IMG/VR virus record: IMGVR_UViG_3300043540_000321
Span: 64,001-128,000 of that record
DNA length: 64,000 bases
From: a virus
Reading direction: 5' to 3' (one strand)
Part shown: piece by piece, positions 27,200 through 36,953 of the stretch
Layout of the letters: each line of letters starts with the position of its first letter
Numbering within the stretch: the first letter of the stretch is position 1
Notes under the pieces: generated by a model
What the model was told of the DNA's origin: nothing
What the model saw: the letters and a program-made list of their open reading frames with translations, nothing else
Database searches by the model: none
Made by a program: the position numbers and the translations under genes

Positions 27200-28834
27200 T
27201 TAGGTCATTAGGTCCTGGTAGATCGTGTTTATCTTCTCTCGGACATATCGCATATTCTCCGAGACATTCTTGCGGAGAAATAACGGAGCCTTTGTCGCTC
27301 CGGTTCCCAGACGAGCGCTGGTGCCTGCAAAGAGAACGGAGTGGAAGGCGGATTCTATCCGAACCGATCGCGGTCGGTTGCTTGGAGTCGAGAACGGTCC
27401 ATTCAGGTCGCCAACCGATAGCAAAATGTCGGGCGGCAGTTGTGTAATATCTAGAACCATCCAGGTCTCTGGATTAGTCGCAGAGTAAGCGACCAACTGT
27501 AGACCCACTAAAGCGTCCCGAGCCGTTGGTGGGTCATTTCTGACCAGAGCTCCCAACGCTCGAGTGTCCGACTTCATCTGAAACATTGTGTTTAATAATG
27601 CTTCTGCGATCAGAGAGGGGCGCAGTGAGTCTAGCTGAGCCTGCTGTACAGGGTCGTTGCACACCGTCCTGTAAATCGGGATAGAGATGTCTTCCTCCAT
27701 CGTCGGCGCGACTCGAAAACTGAGGAAAGACTGGTTCTCCCACTGTGAGGCTGGGATAGGATTTCCAAACGCATCGAGTGGATTGCCATTCCCATCTACT
27801 TTTGCTCTCTGGAAGTAGAGGACGTTGGGCTGAGGTTGAGCGTTGTTAAGAGAGGTGAGAGATGTGGAGGTCACCTTCCCTTGTTGCGTTGCTAGGAATA
27901 AAGAGTTCAGCGTCTCACCTGTCATCATGTCCGGAGTGACTCCCCAGTTAAAGGGAAGTAAAGCACTTGGATTACTCTGAAGAGTAATTCGCAGCATAAT
28001 GACCTCAAAGTTGACCTCGAGCTGTCGTGTGCGGGGCTTGAAGTCAATGCGGTGATGGAGGCTCGATTGAGACAGAACAGGAGCTGCAATAATATTGGCG
28101 GCTTTACTCACCAGGGTCAAACCATTGATCGCGTCGGCAATATCCCCGATGATACGTCCTGTGCTAAACGTGCCGGTGTAAGTCCCGACCGTTGTCCAAG
28201 TCGAAGACTCGGCTGAGTTCGGTACATAGATCTCAACCTTAAGTCGGTCGTTGTTGATATTTGGGGAAGTCGCCTGAAAGAAAAATGAGTGTGGTTGTAA
28301 CTCATCTCCAGCCTTCGAGGCGGACAATGCTGCTTGCAGGTCGTGAACTTCAGTGAGACGTTCAAGATCTTTCAGGGCAGACGAGTAGAGAAAGGCTGAG
28401 TGTTCCTGCTGCTCTTTAATCTGAGCAAGTTGTCCTATCAGATGAGAGGCAGTAAGTGTGATGCTGATCTGGCGAACCCCTTCAGAGAAGATGTTCAGGT
28501 CTGGATTTACATACTGAGCGGCACCCGGGTCAGTCGCTCCGAACATGACCTGTTTGACCGTCTCCATTGTTGGAAACAGGCGGACCCCGTTCGCCTTATC
28601 TCTCGCGCCAGCCAGAATTAGAGCAATCTTAGGGTCGGCAATCTCGGTGGCGGTCAGGTAGATCTCCCGGGCAGTCTTCGATTTTAATAGCACCGAATAG
28701 CTCTGTACCAGAGAGACATACTGCGCCAGGTCTGGCGACGCAGTCAGCAACTGAGCGTCCGTCGCTTGGCTGATGTTAATACCAGCCAAAGTCGGGGACG
28801 AGATAAGAAATCGGTCTCCAAAATCTACCGTCAT
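27200..28834 (-). CDS. neck/head-tail connector-region protein (tentative)
   Basis: 544 aa in the position of head-completion genes; no diagnostic motif. Confidence 0.45.
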   Translation of the reverse strand: MTVDFGDRFLISSPTLAGINISQATDAQLLTASPDLAQYVSLVQSYSVLLKSKTAREIYLTATEIADPKIALILAGARDKANGVRLFPTMETVKQVMFGATDPGAAQYVNPDLNIFSEGVRQISITLTASHLIGQLAQIKEQQEHSAFLYSSALKDLERLTEVHDLQAALSASKAGDELQPHSFFFQATSPNINNDRLKVEIYVPNSAESSTWTTVGTYTGTFSTGRIIGDIADAINGLTLVSKAANIIAAPVLSQSSLHHRIDFKPRTRQLEVNFEVIMLRITLQSNPSALLPFNWGVTPDMMTGETLNSLFLATQQGKVTSTSLTSLNNAQPQPNVLYFQRAKVDGNGNPLDAFGNPIPASQWENQSFLSFRVAPTMEEDISIPIYRTVCNDPVQQAQLDSLRPSLIAEALLNTMFQMKSDTRALGALVRNDPPTARDALVGLQLVAYSATNPETWMVLDITQLPPDILLSVGDLNGPFSTPSNRPRSVRIESAFHSVLFAGTSARLGTGATKAPLFLRKNVSENMRYVREKINTIYQDLMT

Positions 28835-28842
28835 AAGAAGTG

Positions 28843-28866
28843 AAAAACCCAGCCTTAACGGCTGGG
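28843..28866 (-). terminator. intrinsic terminator after the capsid module
   Basis: Minus strand reads CCCAGCC-GTTAA-GGCTGGG-TTTTT, downstream of the 28900 stop. Confidence 0.7.
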
Positions 28867-28899
28867 ACTACAAGTACCGCTCCTACCCACCCAGTTTAA

Positions 28900-29415
28900 T
28901 TAGGCTCGCTCGGCAAGGATGCGATCGGCCTCTTGCTGAACAGCGGTGTACTGCGGAAAGGCGTTTTTCACCGCTTCAACCTGAGCATAGTCCACGGGGG
29001 ACTGCTGTCCCAGATTGGTTAGGTAAGACCTAACCTGAGTCCAGTGAGTGTCTGGAGGAAGGGGAGCCGAAGGAACGTCTTGGACAACTGGTTGAGTCTC
29101 GACGGGGGGAATTGGCTCAGATGGCTCAGCCGCTGCCTCAGCCGGGGGATTCTCCTGATAAACATCTTGTAATTGTTCGTTTGGAGGAACTTGCAGAGGC
29201 TCGTGTGGCTCGGATGAAGCAACTTCACACTCAGCGGGCGAGTCGTCTTCCATAGAGATCAGATGAAGATACTCACTCCCTGGAATCGACCGACGAAACA
29301 GAGCCTCCCCCTGACTGTCGAAGAACTCGACATGAGATGCCGGGGATAGTCGATGAACAACCCCGGCTACGCTCAGGGTCGTTTTAGCTGTGACCAGAAA
29401 AGTATATTTCTTCAT
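28900..29415 (-). CDS. hypothetical protein with Pro/Glu-rich linker
   Basis: 171 aa, downstream of the capsid genes. Confidence 0.55.
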   Translation of the reverse strand: MKKYTFLVTAKTTLSVAGVVHRLSPASHVEFFDSQGEALFRRSIPGSEYLHLISMEDDSPAECEVASSEPHEPLQVPPNEQLQDVYQENPPAEAAAEPSEPIPPVETQPVVQDVPSAPLPPDTHWTQVRSYLTNLGQQSPVDYAQVEAVKNAFPQYTAVQQEADRILAERA

Positions 29416-29422
29416 GACTTAA

Positions 29423-30181
29423 TTAGATGAGGCTGAGCTGGTCGTCTCCGTAGGGCACAACCGTAACTGTCGATGCACCGCCGGAGTTGGTCGCGATGGT
29501 CACGGTAGCAATCAGAACACTACAACTCTTGCGAAGAGCCGCCTGAGATTGCTTACTGACATACGGAGGGAAGTTACTGAACCAGTAAAGGTCAGACTCC
29601 TGAGTCAGGCTAAAGCTCTTGTTGTTCGAGGTGCTTGCGTCGATCGCCGATTTGATCGCATTGAGCGGGTGGTTGTTATGACCCCACGCTGGAGGAGCGG
29701 TGATGGCATCATAGGATGCCCAGGAGCTCCCGTTGTATTGAAAGATGTCTACAACCAGATTGTGCGACGGTGCTCCATTATTCGGAGTGACCGTTTGAGT
29801 TTGGATGTAGATATCATTCGTATTTGGGCTACCAGGTGCCGAACTCAGAGCGGGGATAACTCGCTGAGGGTTAAGGTAGACAGGCACCACGTAAGAAGTG
29901 TTGTTACCGTTAATCGCGACGCCAGTGCCCAGAGGCAGCAACTTCAGACCTGCGATAGCAGCGTTTAGAGTTACCAACTGCCCGTCGAGGCGGGCACTAC
30001 CTGCACTGATGTTTAGGTTGAGAGTATCTACTGGCTGCCCAGCACCACCACTGGCGCTTAGGGGGGTATTGGCGGCGGTAGCAACTAAACCTGAGACGAT
30101 ACCTGTATACGGGTAAGCGCTCAGACCTCCGCGTTCGCCGCGAGGTAGCATTTGATAATTGAACCGAGGCCCAGATGTCAT
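29423..30181 (-). CDS. putative capsid decoration/cement protein
   Basis: Immediately follows the major capsid gene, with an AAGGAG Shine-Dalgarno; beta-rich 252 aa. Confidence 0.5.
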   Translation of the reverse strand: MTSGPRFNYQMLPRGERGGLSAYPYTGIVSGLVATAANTPLSASGGAGQPVDTLNLNISAGSARLDGQLVTLNAAIAGLKLLPLGTGVAINGNNTSYVVPVYLNPQRVIPALSSAPGSPNTNDIYIQTQTVTPNNGAPSHNLVVDIFQYNGSSWASYDAITAPPAWGHNNHPLNAIKSAIDASTSNNKSFSLTQESDLYWFSNFPPYVSKQSQAALRKSCSVLIATVTIATNSGGASTVTVVPYGDDQLSLI

Positions 30182-30214
30182 TTGACTTTCTCCTTGCCTT
30201 TATTCTTGTGACGA

Positions 30215-31612
30215 TTAGAACGTACCGTAGCTGAGGTCTGCCTGGAGGATCAGGTTGGTGGTGATGTCGTTTGCGTTTGCAACGTTCAGCAGACAGATCC
30301 ACTGAGGGTAGGTTGCAAAAGGCAGGAACGCATTCCCCAACTGAACCGTTCGACCCGGAGCAGCAGGTGGCATCTGGTCTGGGCCTGTCCGCATCCACAT
30401 ACCAGGAGACCCATCAGGAGCTTCCCCAATGCATTGTTGAGTGAAACCAAGACTGACAGATTTGTCTTGGTAGTGATGCGTGGCGACAACTGCAACCAGG
30501 TTAGGCGGCCACAACTTCTCGATCTGATTGGTTACAGGGTCGCGGTACAGAGTGTCGAGCAGACGAATATTCAAACCGGCGATGCTGGTGATATCGCCCT
30601 CTGCGTTGATTTGTACCGAAGGGTTTTCGCGGAATGCCGAAGCAGCAGAACCAGCCGCGCCTGTTGGGTACTGTGGCAGTACGATACCGACGGTGCCACT
30701 GTAGGCTTTGATCAGCTCGTTCTCTTGAATGATCGTGTACAAGTCACGACTCATAACCAGCTCTGTGTACACGTTTTTGTTGGTGTTCAACAGATACTGC
30801 TTCAATAGCCGCAGACAACGGGGAATATTAGCCCGAGGATGAGTCCAGGGAATAGCGAAGTTGTAATTTGTGTCGGCGAAGAAGAGCGCTTCTGTTCGAC
30901 CCTTGCTATTCGTCAGGTTTTCAGCCGCCGTGTAGGCCTGGTCACCTACAGTGATTGTGCCGTTGGCGGCCAACGTAGCGTTCCAACCGTTGTATTGGAA
31001 GTAGTTGTGCGCCGGAATGTGGGTGGAGACGTTAATAGCCACGTTAGTCCGGGGGTCGGTATAGTTGATACCCCCCTGAAGAACCTGAGCCTGGAGCACC
31101 ATCTTGGTGCGGTTGTGCCGAGCAACCAGACGACGGATGCGGCGTTGCATAATCCGCATTGGAGGGTCTTGCTCGTTCATGGTCCCAACTGCACGCAGTT
31201 GGTTGATGAACCCTTGATCCAGGAAGTCGTCTTCCCGAACGAACGCCGGTTGGAAGTACCGACGTTGGATACGCTCGGGTTCCAGGAAGTTACCGGCGGG
31301 AACGCCCATACGGACGATAGGCATAATGCCCAGACCTTCCCGCACGGTTTCAATCACGACCGTTTTTTCGTTGATCGTCTCGTCAGGGAACATATCTCCC
31401 AGACCCTTGTCTTCAATCTGCTCGTAGCTACGAGCCAGCTTTGTCAATTGAAGACCACCCAGCGCTGGCATATCCCCAACATACTCGTAGGGAGTGCTAA
31501 TAGGGTCGTACTGGGTGTACTGCTGGTACTGAATAGAAGGAACAGTTTGGACCGGGTCAGCGAATTGCTGAGGAGACTGGGCGGTGCCAGCCTGTAAAGT
31601 TTGAGTTGTCAT
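30215..31612 (-). CDS. major capsid protein (HK97 fold, lambda gpE-like)
   Basis: LGDMFPDETINEKTV.IE...FQPAFVREDDFLD...RRIRRLVARHNRTKMVLQAQVLQGG pattern of Phage_cap_E; directly follows the protease/scaffold gene. Confidence 0.88.
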   Translation of the reverse strand: MTTQTLQAGTAQSPQQFADPVQTVPSIQYQQYTQYDPISTPYEYVGDMPALGGLQLTKLARSYEQIEDKGLGDMFPDETINEKTVVIETVREGLGIMPIVRMGVPAGNFLEPERIQRRYFQPAFVREDDFLDQGFINQLRAVGTMNEQDPPMRIMQRRIRRLVARHNRTKMVLQAQVLQGGINYTDPRTNVAINVSTHIPAHNYFQYNGWNATLAANGTITVGDQAYTAAENLTNSKGRTEALFFADTNYNFAIPWTHPRANIPRCLRLLKQYLLNTNKNVYTELVMSRDLYTIIQENELIKAYSGTVGIVLPQYPTGAAGSAASAFRENPSVQINAEGDITSIAGLNIRLLDTLYRDPVTNQIEKLWPPNLVAVVATHHYQDKSVSLGFTQQCIGEAPDGSPGMWMRTGPDQMPPAAPGRTVQLGNAFLPFATYPQWICLLNVANANDITTNLILQADLSYGTF

Positions 31613-31655
31613 CTTTCAGCGTGCGGGTAGAGGTAGGTTAGGGATGAAATCTCGA

Positions 31656-33512
31656 CTAGGACAGTTGCTTTTGAAGAGCTCGAGCCTTTTTCTGAGCTTC
31701 AGCCAGAGCGAGGTTCTGCTTGATGATGTCCTCGTACGGGTTGTACTGCTCATCAGCCAGTTGCTGAGGACCCACCTGAGTGGTGACCCCGTACTGAGTC
31801 AGAGCAGTTTTCTTGAACTGTTCGGACATTTGCTCCAGGGTGGAGAAGATGACCTCCTCCTGAGCACCCAGATTCCCGGCTTCAATGAGCTGGCGATACT
31901 GGTTCTTCACGTCCACTGGTAGAGTCAGACGTTCCAGACGGCGGAGCTTCTCAGCTAACACCTGTTGATTGATCCGTTGCTCATACGCACTCAGTTGAGT
32001 GGTAAGAGTTTGGACCTGGGTGCTCAGGGTTTGAACCTGACCTTGAGCCTCTGCTAGAGCCTGTTCGTAGGACTCTTTCAGCTCGGTGACCTGGGCTAGA
32101 ATCTCTGCCTTTTCCGTTGCGGAGAGCGTCTGAGGAGTACCAGGAGCAGGAGCAGCAGCGGCCGGAGCGGGAGTAGTCGCAGCCGGCGCAGTTTCGGTAG
32201 ACTGTGCCTGAGGCTCAGTCGCGGGCGGAGAAGATAAGAGTTCGTTTGCCATAGTTCTAGATGGGTCGGTTAAGGATAGGTCGTAGGTAAAAAACTGAGT
32301 GTTTTCAGAAAGAGCCCTCACATGCGGTAGTCCAGTAAGGAAAGGTCGATTGGTCAACGCCATACCAATTAGAGTCGTGCCGATTGGTTGTCCGGTCTCT
32401 TTGGACTTGTAGCCCCGGACGAATTCTCCGGAGGAGTAGCGGAACTTACCGGCCTTAACATCCATATAGGTCTGGTCGTCAACAACATCCCAGTACCCAT
32501 AGAGGACATCGCCCTCTTGAGTCAGGCTGAGAAGATAACCCTCAGAAGGATGTCCCTCCAACGAAGAACTGTCGATAGGGTGTCCTTTGAACAGCGGAGG
32601 CTCAAACCCCAGCGCCTTTGAAGAGAAGTTTTGGATAATCTCGTCAAAGTCTTTTTGTGTGAAGCTCAGGTTCCCGTATTTCGGATGAACCCAGCTACCC
32701 AGTCGGGCAATAGGGATTTTCAACTGACGAGACTCAACCGTGGGGTCCAACTGAGCTGAAGGGTTGATACCTCCTGTCGTTCCTGTGTTGGTCGACGCAG
32801 AAGGTAGTTGGTCAAGTTCGTCCAGAGGAAGATGGTCTTCCAGCGCGATCGGTTGAGTAACGGGCGCTTCTGCCAGCGCGTTTGACAATGCCTGTTTGGG
32901 AGAGTTGTCCGAATACTCCATCGCTGCCCACTCGTTTATGTTAGGGCTGGACATCCCGGTATAAATGAAGTTGAGGTACTGCGCGAGGAGAATATCGTTT
33001 GAGCTGCTCTTATCATCTTGGCCGTTTGAGAGAACGACTTCAATTTCAAACTCTCCTTCTCGCGGGGGCGTACCGATTGCCTTCGTGGTAAAAGAGACCT
33101 TAGACGGGGGATGCTTGAGATCGCTTGCCTTGCCGTAGAGCCTTTTCATGAAGAGCTCTACATGGTAAAACCTGGTAAACGTGAAGACGGCTGACAGCCC
33201 ACTCTTAGATGATTGCCAAGGGCCGGCCACTTGGTCTACCGTTACGCCTGCTAGAATCTCTTTCAGCGGTAGAGAAATTAAGTCCTTCTCGGAGAACTTC
33301 TCGGACAAAGATTTCAAGAGTTCTGGCTTTAAGACCAGACTCAGAACAGACTCATTAAACAGTTGAGGTGCTACCGGAGCTCCTGGCTTGACCGGTAGTT
33401 CTGACTCGGTCGGTTGAGCAGGTTCAGATGCCGTCACCGGAGGGGGAGGAGTAATCGTCACCGCCGTCGACTGAGGATTTGCTAAGAGTTCGAGAACTGC
33501 CGTGTCTGACAT
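31656..33512 (-). CDS. prohead protease/scaffold (Mu gpI-like) with extra N-terminal PCD-like domain
   Basis: IPIARLGSWVHPKYG...PPLFKGH...KFRYSSGEF...LIGMALTNRPFLTGL is Mu-like_Pro-like, followed by a coiled-coil scaffold tail; the N-terminal domain resembles pterin-4a-carbinolamine dehydratase. Confidence 0.82.
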   Translation of the reverse strand: MSDTAVLELLANPQSTAVTITPPPPVTASEPAQPTESELPVKPGAPVAPQLFNESVLSLVLKPELLKSLSEKFSEKDLISLPLKEILAGVTVDQVAGPWQSSKSGLSAVFTFTRFYHVELFMKRLYGKASDLKHPPSKVSFTTKAIGTPPREGEFEIEVVLSNGQDDKSSSNDILLAQYLNFIYTGMSSPNINEWAAMEYSDNSPKQALSNALAEAPVTQPIALEDHLPLDELDQLPSASTNTGTTGGINPSAQLDPTVESRQLKIPIARLGSWVHPKYGNLSFTQKDFDEIIQNFSSKALGFEPPLFKGHPIDSSSLEGHPSEGYLLSLTQEGDVLYGYWDVVDDQTYMDVKAGKFRYSSGEFVRGYKSKETGQPIGTTLIGMALTNRPFLTGLPHVRALSENTQFFTYDLSLTDPSRTMANELLSSPPATEPQAQSTETAPAATTPAPAAAAPAPGTPQTLSATEKAEILAQVTELKESYEQALAEAQGQVQTLSTQVQTLTTQLSAYEQRINQQVLAEKLRRLERLTLPVDVKNQYRQLIEAGNLGAQEEVIFSTLEQMSEQFKKTALTQYGVTTQVGPQQLADEQYNPYEDIIKQNLALAEAQKKARALQKQLS

Positions 33513-33561
33513 GGAATGCAGAGTGGGGTCATTGTCACTTAATTTTGAAAAAATTTGAGTT

Positions 33562-34281
33562 GTGGTGGTTGTGCAATATTTACATCCATTCGTACATGAA
33601 AAAAGGAGTCTTATGTTGTATCCGCTCGCGAACTTGCTGGCGCAACATGACCTTCAAGGTAGGGCGGTCGTCACTGATTTGACCTACCTTGGGGGTGTTT
33701 TAAGGGGTAATGTGAAATTACTTGGCAGCGACCAGCTCAACAGCCCGCTTGGATCTCTCAGTCGAGAGCGAGTGTTTGAAGTCAAGTTGAGGCGAGGTCT
33801 TGAGGAGATTTACTCCAACGAAGTCCTCATTATGGAGATGATGGGCATCGACCCGACTCAATTGCCTGACAAAGACGGAATCGCATTCGGCAATTATCTC
33901 GTCCACGAGTTCGTAGACGAGCTAGATATAATCGGAGCTGCTTATGAAAACGAGTCTCTGACTTACTTCGTGAGCGGTACTCGCGTCAACTTCTCTATTA
34001 ACAGAACTACGGAAAGATGGCGTTGGATATTCGAGGGAGACCTGCTGCCGATAGAAGCACTGACCGTTGTAAGGTCTCTTCGGAAAGGCTACAAAGTGGT
34101 GGAGCAAAAAGGTCTAGGCATCAGCGTTATCACCCCATCTCGAATGGAGAGAACCACGACTCCTAGATGTCAGTGCCAAGACCGAATGAGGTTTCACATG
34201 TGCATCCATCAAATGCTGAGCGATGCCTACGTGAAGCATCGGAGGGAATTTATTAAAGCCGGAGTTGCCCAATTAATATAA
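33562..34281 (+). CDS. SWIM-type zinc-finger protein
   Basis: C-terminal RCQCQDRMRFHMCIHQM = CxC-x7-CxH; start codon uncertain. Confidence 0.65.
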   Translation: MVVVQYLHPFVHEKRSLMLYPLANLLAQHDLQGRAVVTDLTYLGGVLRGNVKLLGSDQLNSPLGSLSRERVFEVKLRRGLEEIYSNEVLIMEMMGIDPTQLPDKDGIAFGNYLVHEFVDELDIIGAAYENESLTYFVSGTRVNFSINRTTERWRWIFEGDLLPIEALTVVRSLRKGYKVVEQKGLGISVITPSRMERTTTPRCQCQDRMRFHMCIHQMLSDAYVKHRREFIKAGVAQLI

Positions 34282-34293
34282 GGAGAAAAGAAA

Positions 34294-34869
34294 ATGGGAT
34301 GTTTTGATTCTACGTGTGCGTTTACTCGAACAGCCGTTGGAAGTGGAGACGAGATACTTATCGTGGCTCTCGATCCAAAGTCTTACTGCTGTTCCGGAGG
34401 TGGATTTACGACTTATGATTTGTCGAATAATGCTGGTTACTACAAGCGGGTGAAGACCAGCGAGGATATGCCCAACCCGGTCAGCCCTTTCAGATTTCTG
34501 GGAATTGGACACTACAATTCCTACGGAACGATCGACGAGTTTGACAACGACGCTGGCCTCGAACAAGAAGAGAGAAGCTGGTGGGATTACCAATTCATTG
34601 TCCACAGAGAGGTGGCTGAAGGTCTGCTCAACAAGAAGTTAGACCCAAACAATCTGGAAGATGATGTCATTAGGTTGATTGAGATAGCTTACTTGGCTCG
34701 CGTCCAACTTCATGGAAACGACCTTCTAGGCGTTCAGCACGCCGATAAGGCAGAAAGAGTTCTACAACTTAAGCTGCTCGGGTTGGCTACAACAATCCTG
34801 GAGCGAGAGTTAGAAATGCTAGAGGATGATGAAGAGGATGATGACGATTGGTACGACGATGAAGATTAA
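34294..34869 (+). CDS. hypothetical protein (MGCF..TC N-terminus, acidic tail)
   Basis: 191 aa, AAGGAG Shine-Dalgarno, acidic C-terminus. Confidence 0.65.
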   Translation: MGCFDSTCAFTRTAVGSGDEILIVALDPKSYCCSGGGFTTYDLSNNAGYYKRVKTSEDMPNPVSPFRFLGIGHYNSYGTIDEFDNDAGLEQEERSWWDYQFIVHREVAEGLLNKKLDPNNLEDDVIRLIEIAYLARVQLHGNDLLGVQHADKAERVLQLKLLGLATTILERELEMLEDDEEDDDDWYDDED

Positions 34870-36431
34870 AGTGAAGTTGGATTAGGGTCCGTGTTCTGAT
34901 CTGCTGACTTATTCTTAGGAGCAGAGGTTCCTATAGGACGGCCAGCTCCGACTCCCTGACCTTTCACACTCCCTCTCTTCGTGCCGCCGGATTTCTTCTT
35001 AGAACTCGAGGCGGCGGGTGCAGGGGCGGGTGGTGGCATTTTAGGAACAATGAGCATTTTGTTCACAAAGTCACGATCCGCTGGCTCTTGCGGGCGGATG
35101 GGGGAGTCTACCATCTCACGGACCATCTTCCAGTCATCTGGGTTCATTGGGTTAAAGTAACCTCGGTCGGTCAATCCGCTAATCATCTGCATCAACGCGA
35201 CTCGATCTTCGGGTCGCGTTGTTTGTCTAATGTCCATGCGGGGGCAGATGCCCGCAGAGTCGCGCCCCCGAAACGCATCTTTAATCAACCGATGGAAAGT
35301 CTGGGAGAGGATGGGTCGGATGTACTCTGCGTGGATACTGGTCAGGATGCGATTGAACAACTCCATCTGACGCTGGGTCATCTTACCGTCAGAGCGAGGG
35401 TCGTTTGAGACCAGACCGTAAGGAACGAGCAGCGCCCGCGCAATCTCCTGGTTGCACAGCTCCATCGCATCAATATACATCGACCCGACATTATTTCCCG
35501 AGGTCACAATATCGACCTTTGGAATCATATGCGGGTCAACCTGGGGCAGCAGCAGAACGTTGCCGCCTCCAGTAAAAGCTTCGTTCGTAAGTTGTCGTTC
35601 GATCAACTCTTGCGTTGTCAGGTTGCGTTCCTGCCCTGTTTCAGGGTCTATCTCAACCTGACCTGTGGTATAGACCGGGTAAGTGATCGCAATGATAGGA
35701 TTTCCGTAGCGGTCGAGGGCAACCGAGTACATGTCTGCGAACGCCTCTTTATAAAGGCACCACCGGTAGGCAGACTCTATGAGAGGTACTCCGTAGTAAT
35801 TTCCATATGCCTCGTTTCTAACTAGGTGACAGACTTTCCAGAGAGGGAGCCTAACCTCACCCGCAACCTCCGGGTTTACCCCTGTCTGCCAGATGCCTGA
35901 TTGCAGACCTGTCCAGGAGGGCTCGCCATCCGTTAACCTACCCCGTCGATTGGTCCGCACCAAGATAGAAGCGGGATGGTAAGTGATGAAGTCGCTGATC
36001 CAGAGCTTCCCTTCATCGTCGACATCAAACAGCATTTCGGTTGTGCTGAAACCTGCCCACATGACATCGAAGATCATGCGGAAAAATCGAGAGTACAGAA
36101 AACTGAACCGAAAGAGCTTGTCTTCGGCGTTAAACCCACCCAGTCGTTCGATGTTCTGACGAAGGTACTGCTCAATCTCCGGATCGGGATGGGTAATCTG
36201 CCCCAACGAGGCGAGTAGAGTGTCGATCAAAACAAACAGGCAATAGCTAACCGTGCTGTCTGTCTGTGCGATCGTATGAAACTCTCGCAGTCGCTCAAAA
36301 TGTCGAGGTCTCAGCCAACCCCCGGAGTACCCGATCGCGTAAGCACCGAACTGCTTCATCCGACCGCGTGGGCGCTCGTTTTTATTAAACTTGACGTGAG
36401 CAAGGTTGATTGGAGTTTCCGGCCAGTACAT
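34866..36431 (-). CDS. portal protein (DUF935/Mu gp29-like)
   Basis: YGNYYGVPLIESAYRWCLYKEAFADMYSVALDRYGNPII and LCNQEIARALL motifs typical of DUF935 portals; 521 aa with a basic disordered tail. Confidence 0.85.
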   Translation of the reverse strand: MYWPETPINLAHVKFNKNERPRGRMKQFGAYAIGYSGGWLRPRHFERLREFHTIAQTDSTVSYCLFVLIDTLLASLGQITHPDPEIEQYLRQNIERLGGFNAEDKLFRFSFLYSRFFRMIFDVMWAGFSTTEMLFDVDDEGKLWISDFITYHPASILVRTNRRGRLTDGEPSWTGLQSGIWQTGVNPEVAGEVRLPLWKVCHLVRNEAYGNYYGVPLIESAYRWCLYKEAFADMYSVALDRYGNPIIAITYPVYTTGQVEIDPETGQERNLTTQELIERQLTNEAFTGGGNVLLLPQVDPHMIPKVDIVTSGNNVGSMYIDAMELCNQEIARALLVPYGLVSNDPRSDGKMTQRQMELFNRILTSIHAEYIRPILSQTFHRLIKDAFRGRDSAGICPRMDIRQTTRPEDRVALMQMISGLTDRGYFNPMNPDDWKMVREMVDSPIRPQEPADRDFVNKMLIVPKMPPPAPAPAASSSKKKSGGTKRGSVKGQGVGAGRPIGTSAPKNKSADQNTDPNPTSL

Positions 36432-36437
36432 TTACTT

Positions 36438-36953
36438 TTAACTTAGAAAACGATTAATTGTGGAACCGACTTGATTCGGGAATTTAAGTTTGGATGACTC
36501 CTCTGCCATTAGTCGTTCGAGCTTCTCCTCTTGCTGTTTGTGAGAATTATTCCGCTGGCGAGCTATCTCTTCTACCTCTAGAGCGATCGCCCTTCGGGTC
36601 AGGTCTGTTAACTCCAGCCAGGTGTCCCATGAAATGGAGACAAACTGATTGATGCTGACCCAGGCTCCAATCTCGTATTTCTTCGCCAAAGTCTTAGCGG
36701 CATCGTCTCTGGCGTAGATGAAATTGGCGAACTGCTTTTCACTCTCAAACTCATTCCCCCGGGGAAACTTAGGGATAGGGGCGCTGAAAACTCGGTTCAA
36801 CGATTGGTAGTAATCTGGTATGCCAAACCCATACCGACGCATGGGGACATTTTGAGTAATCAGGTAGTCGGGGTGGGTTCCGAGGACTTCGATTTGCTGC
36901 TGGATTTTGACGTAGGCCTGGAGTCTTTCACACTGGCCCAAAGAGACTTTCCC
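36438..36953 (-). CDS. tail assembly chaperone GT extension (-1 frameshift product)
   Basis: The -1 frame opens just upstream of the GGGAAAG slippery site (preceded by TGA at 36957-36959) and runs to TAA 36438; the only starts near its 5' end are TTG/weak ones. Confidence 0.75.
   Translation of the reverse strand, partial: GKVSLGQCERLQAYVKIQQQIEVLGTHPDYLITQNVPMRRYGFGIPDYYQSLNRVFSAPIPKFPRGNEFESEKQFANFIYARDDAAKTLAKKYEIGAWVSINQFVSISWDTWLELTDLTRRAIALEVEEIARQRNNSHKQQEEKLERLMAEESSKLKFPNQVGSTINRFLS

Noticed and set aside
30839-31597. 252-aa plus-strand ORF antisense to the major capsid gene
   Set aside because: Lies entirely opposite a well-supported gene, has no motif or RBS, and is explained by codon bias of a highly expressed gene.
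25331-36582. 11-kb stretch with no HIP1 site (head module)
   Set aside because: With about 28 sites in 64 kb, one gap of this size is not clearly beyond chance, and my count is by eye.
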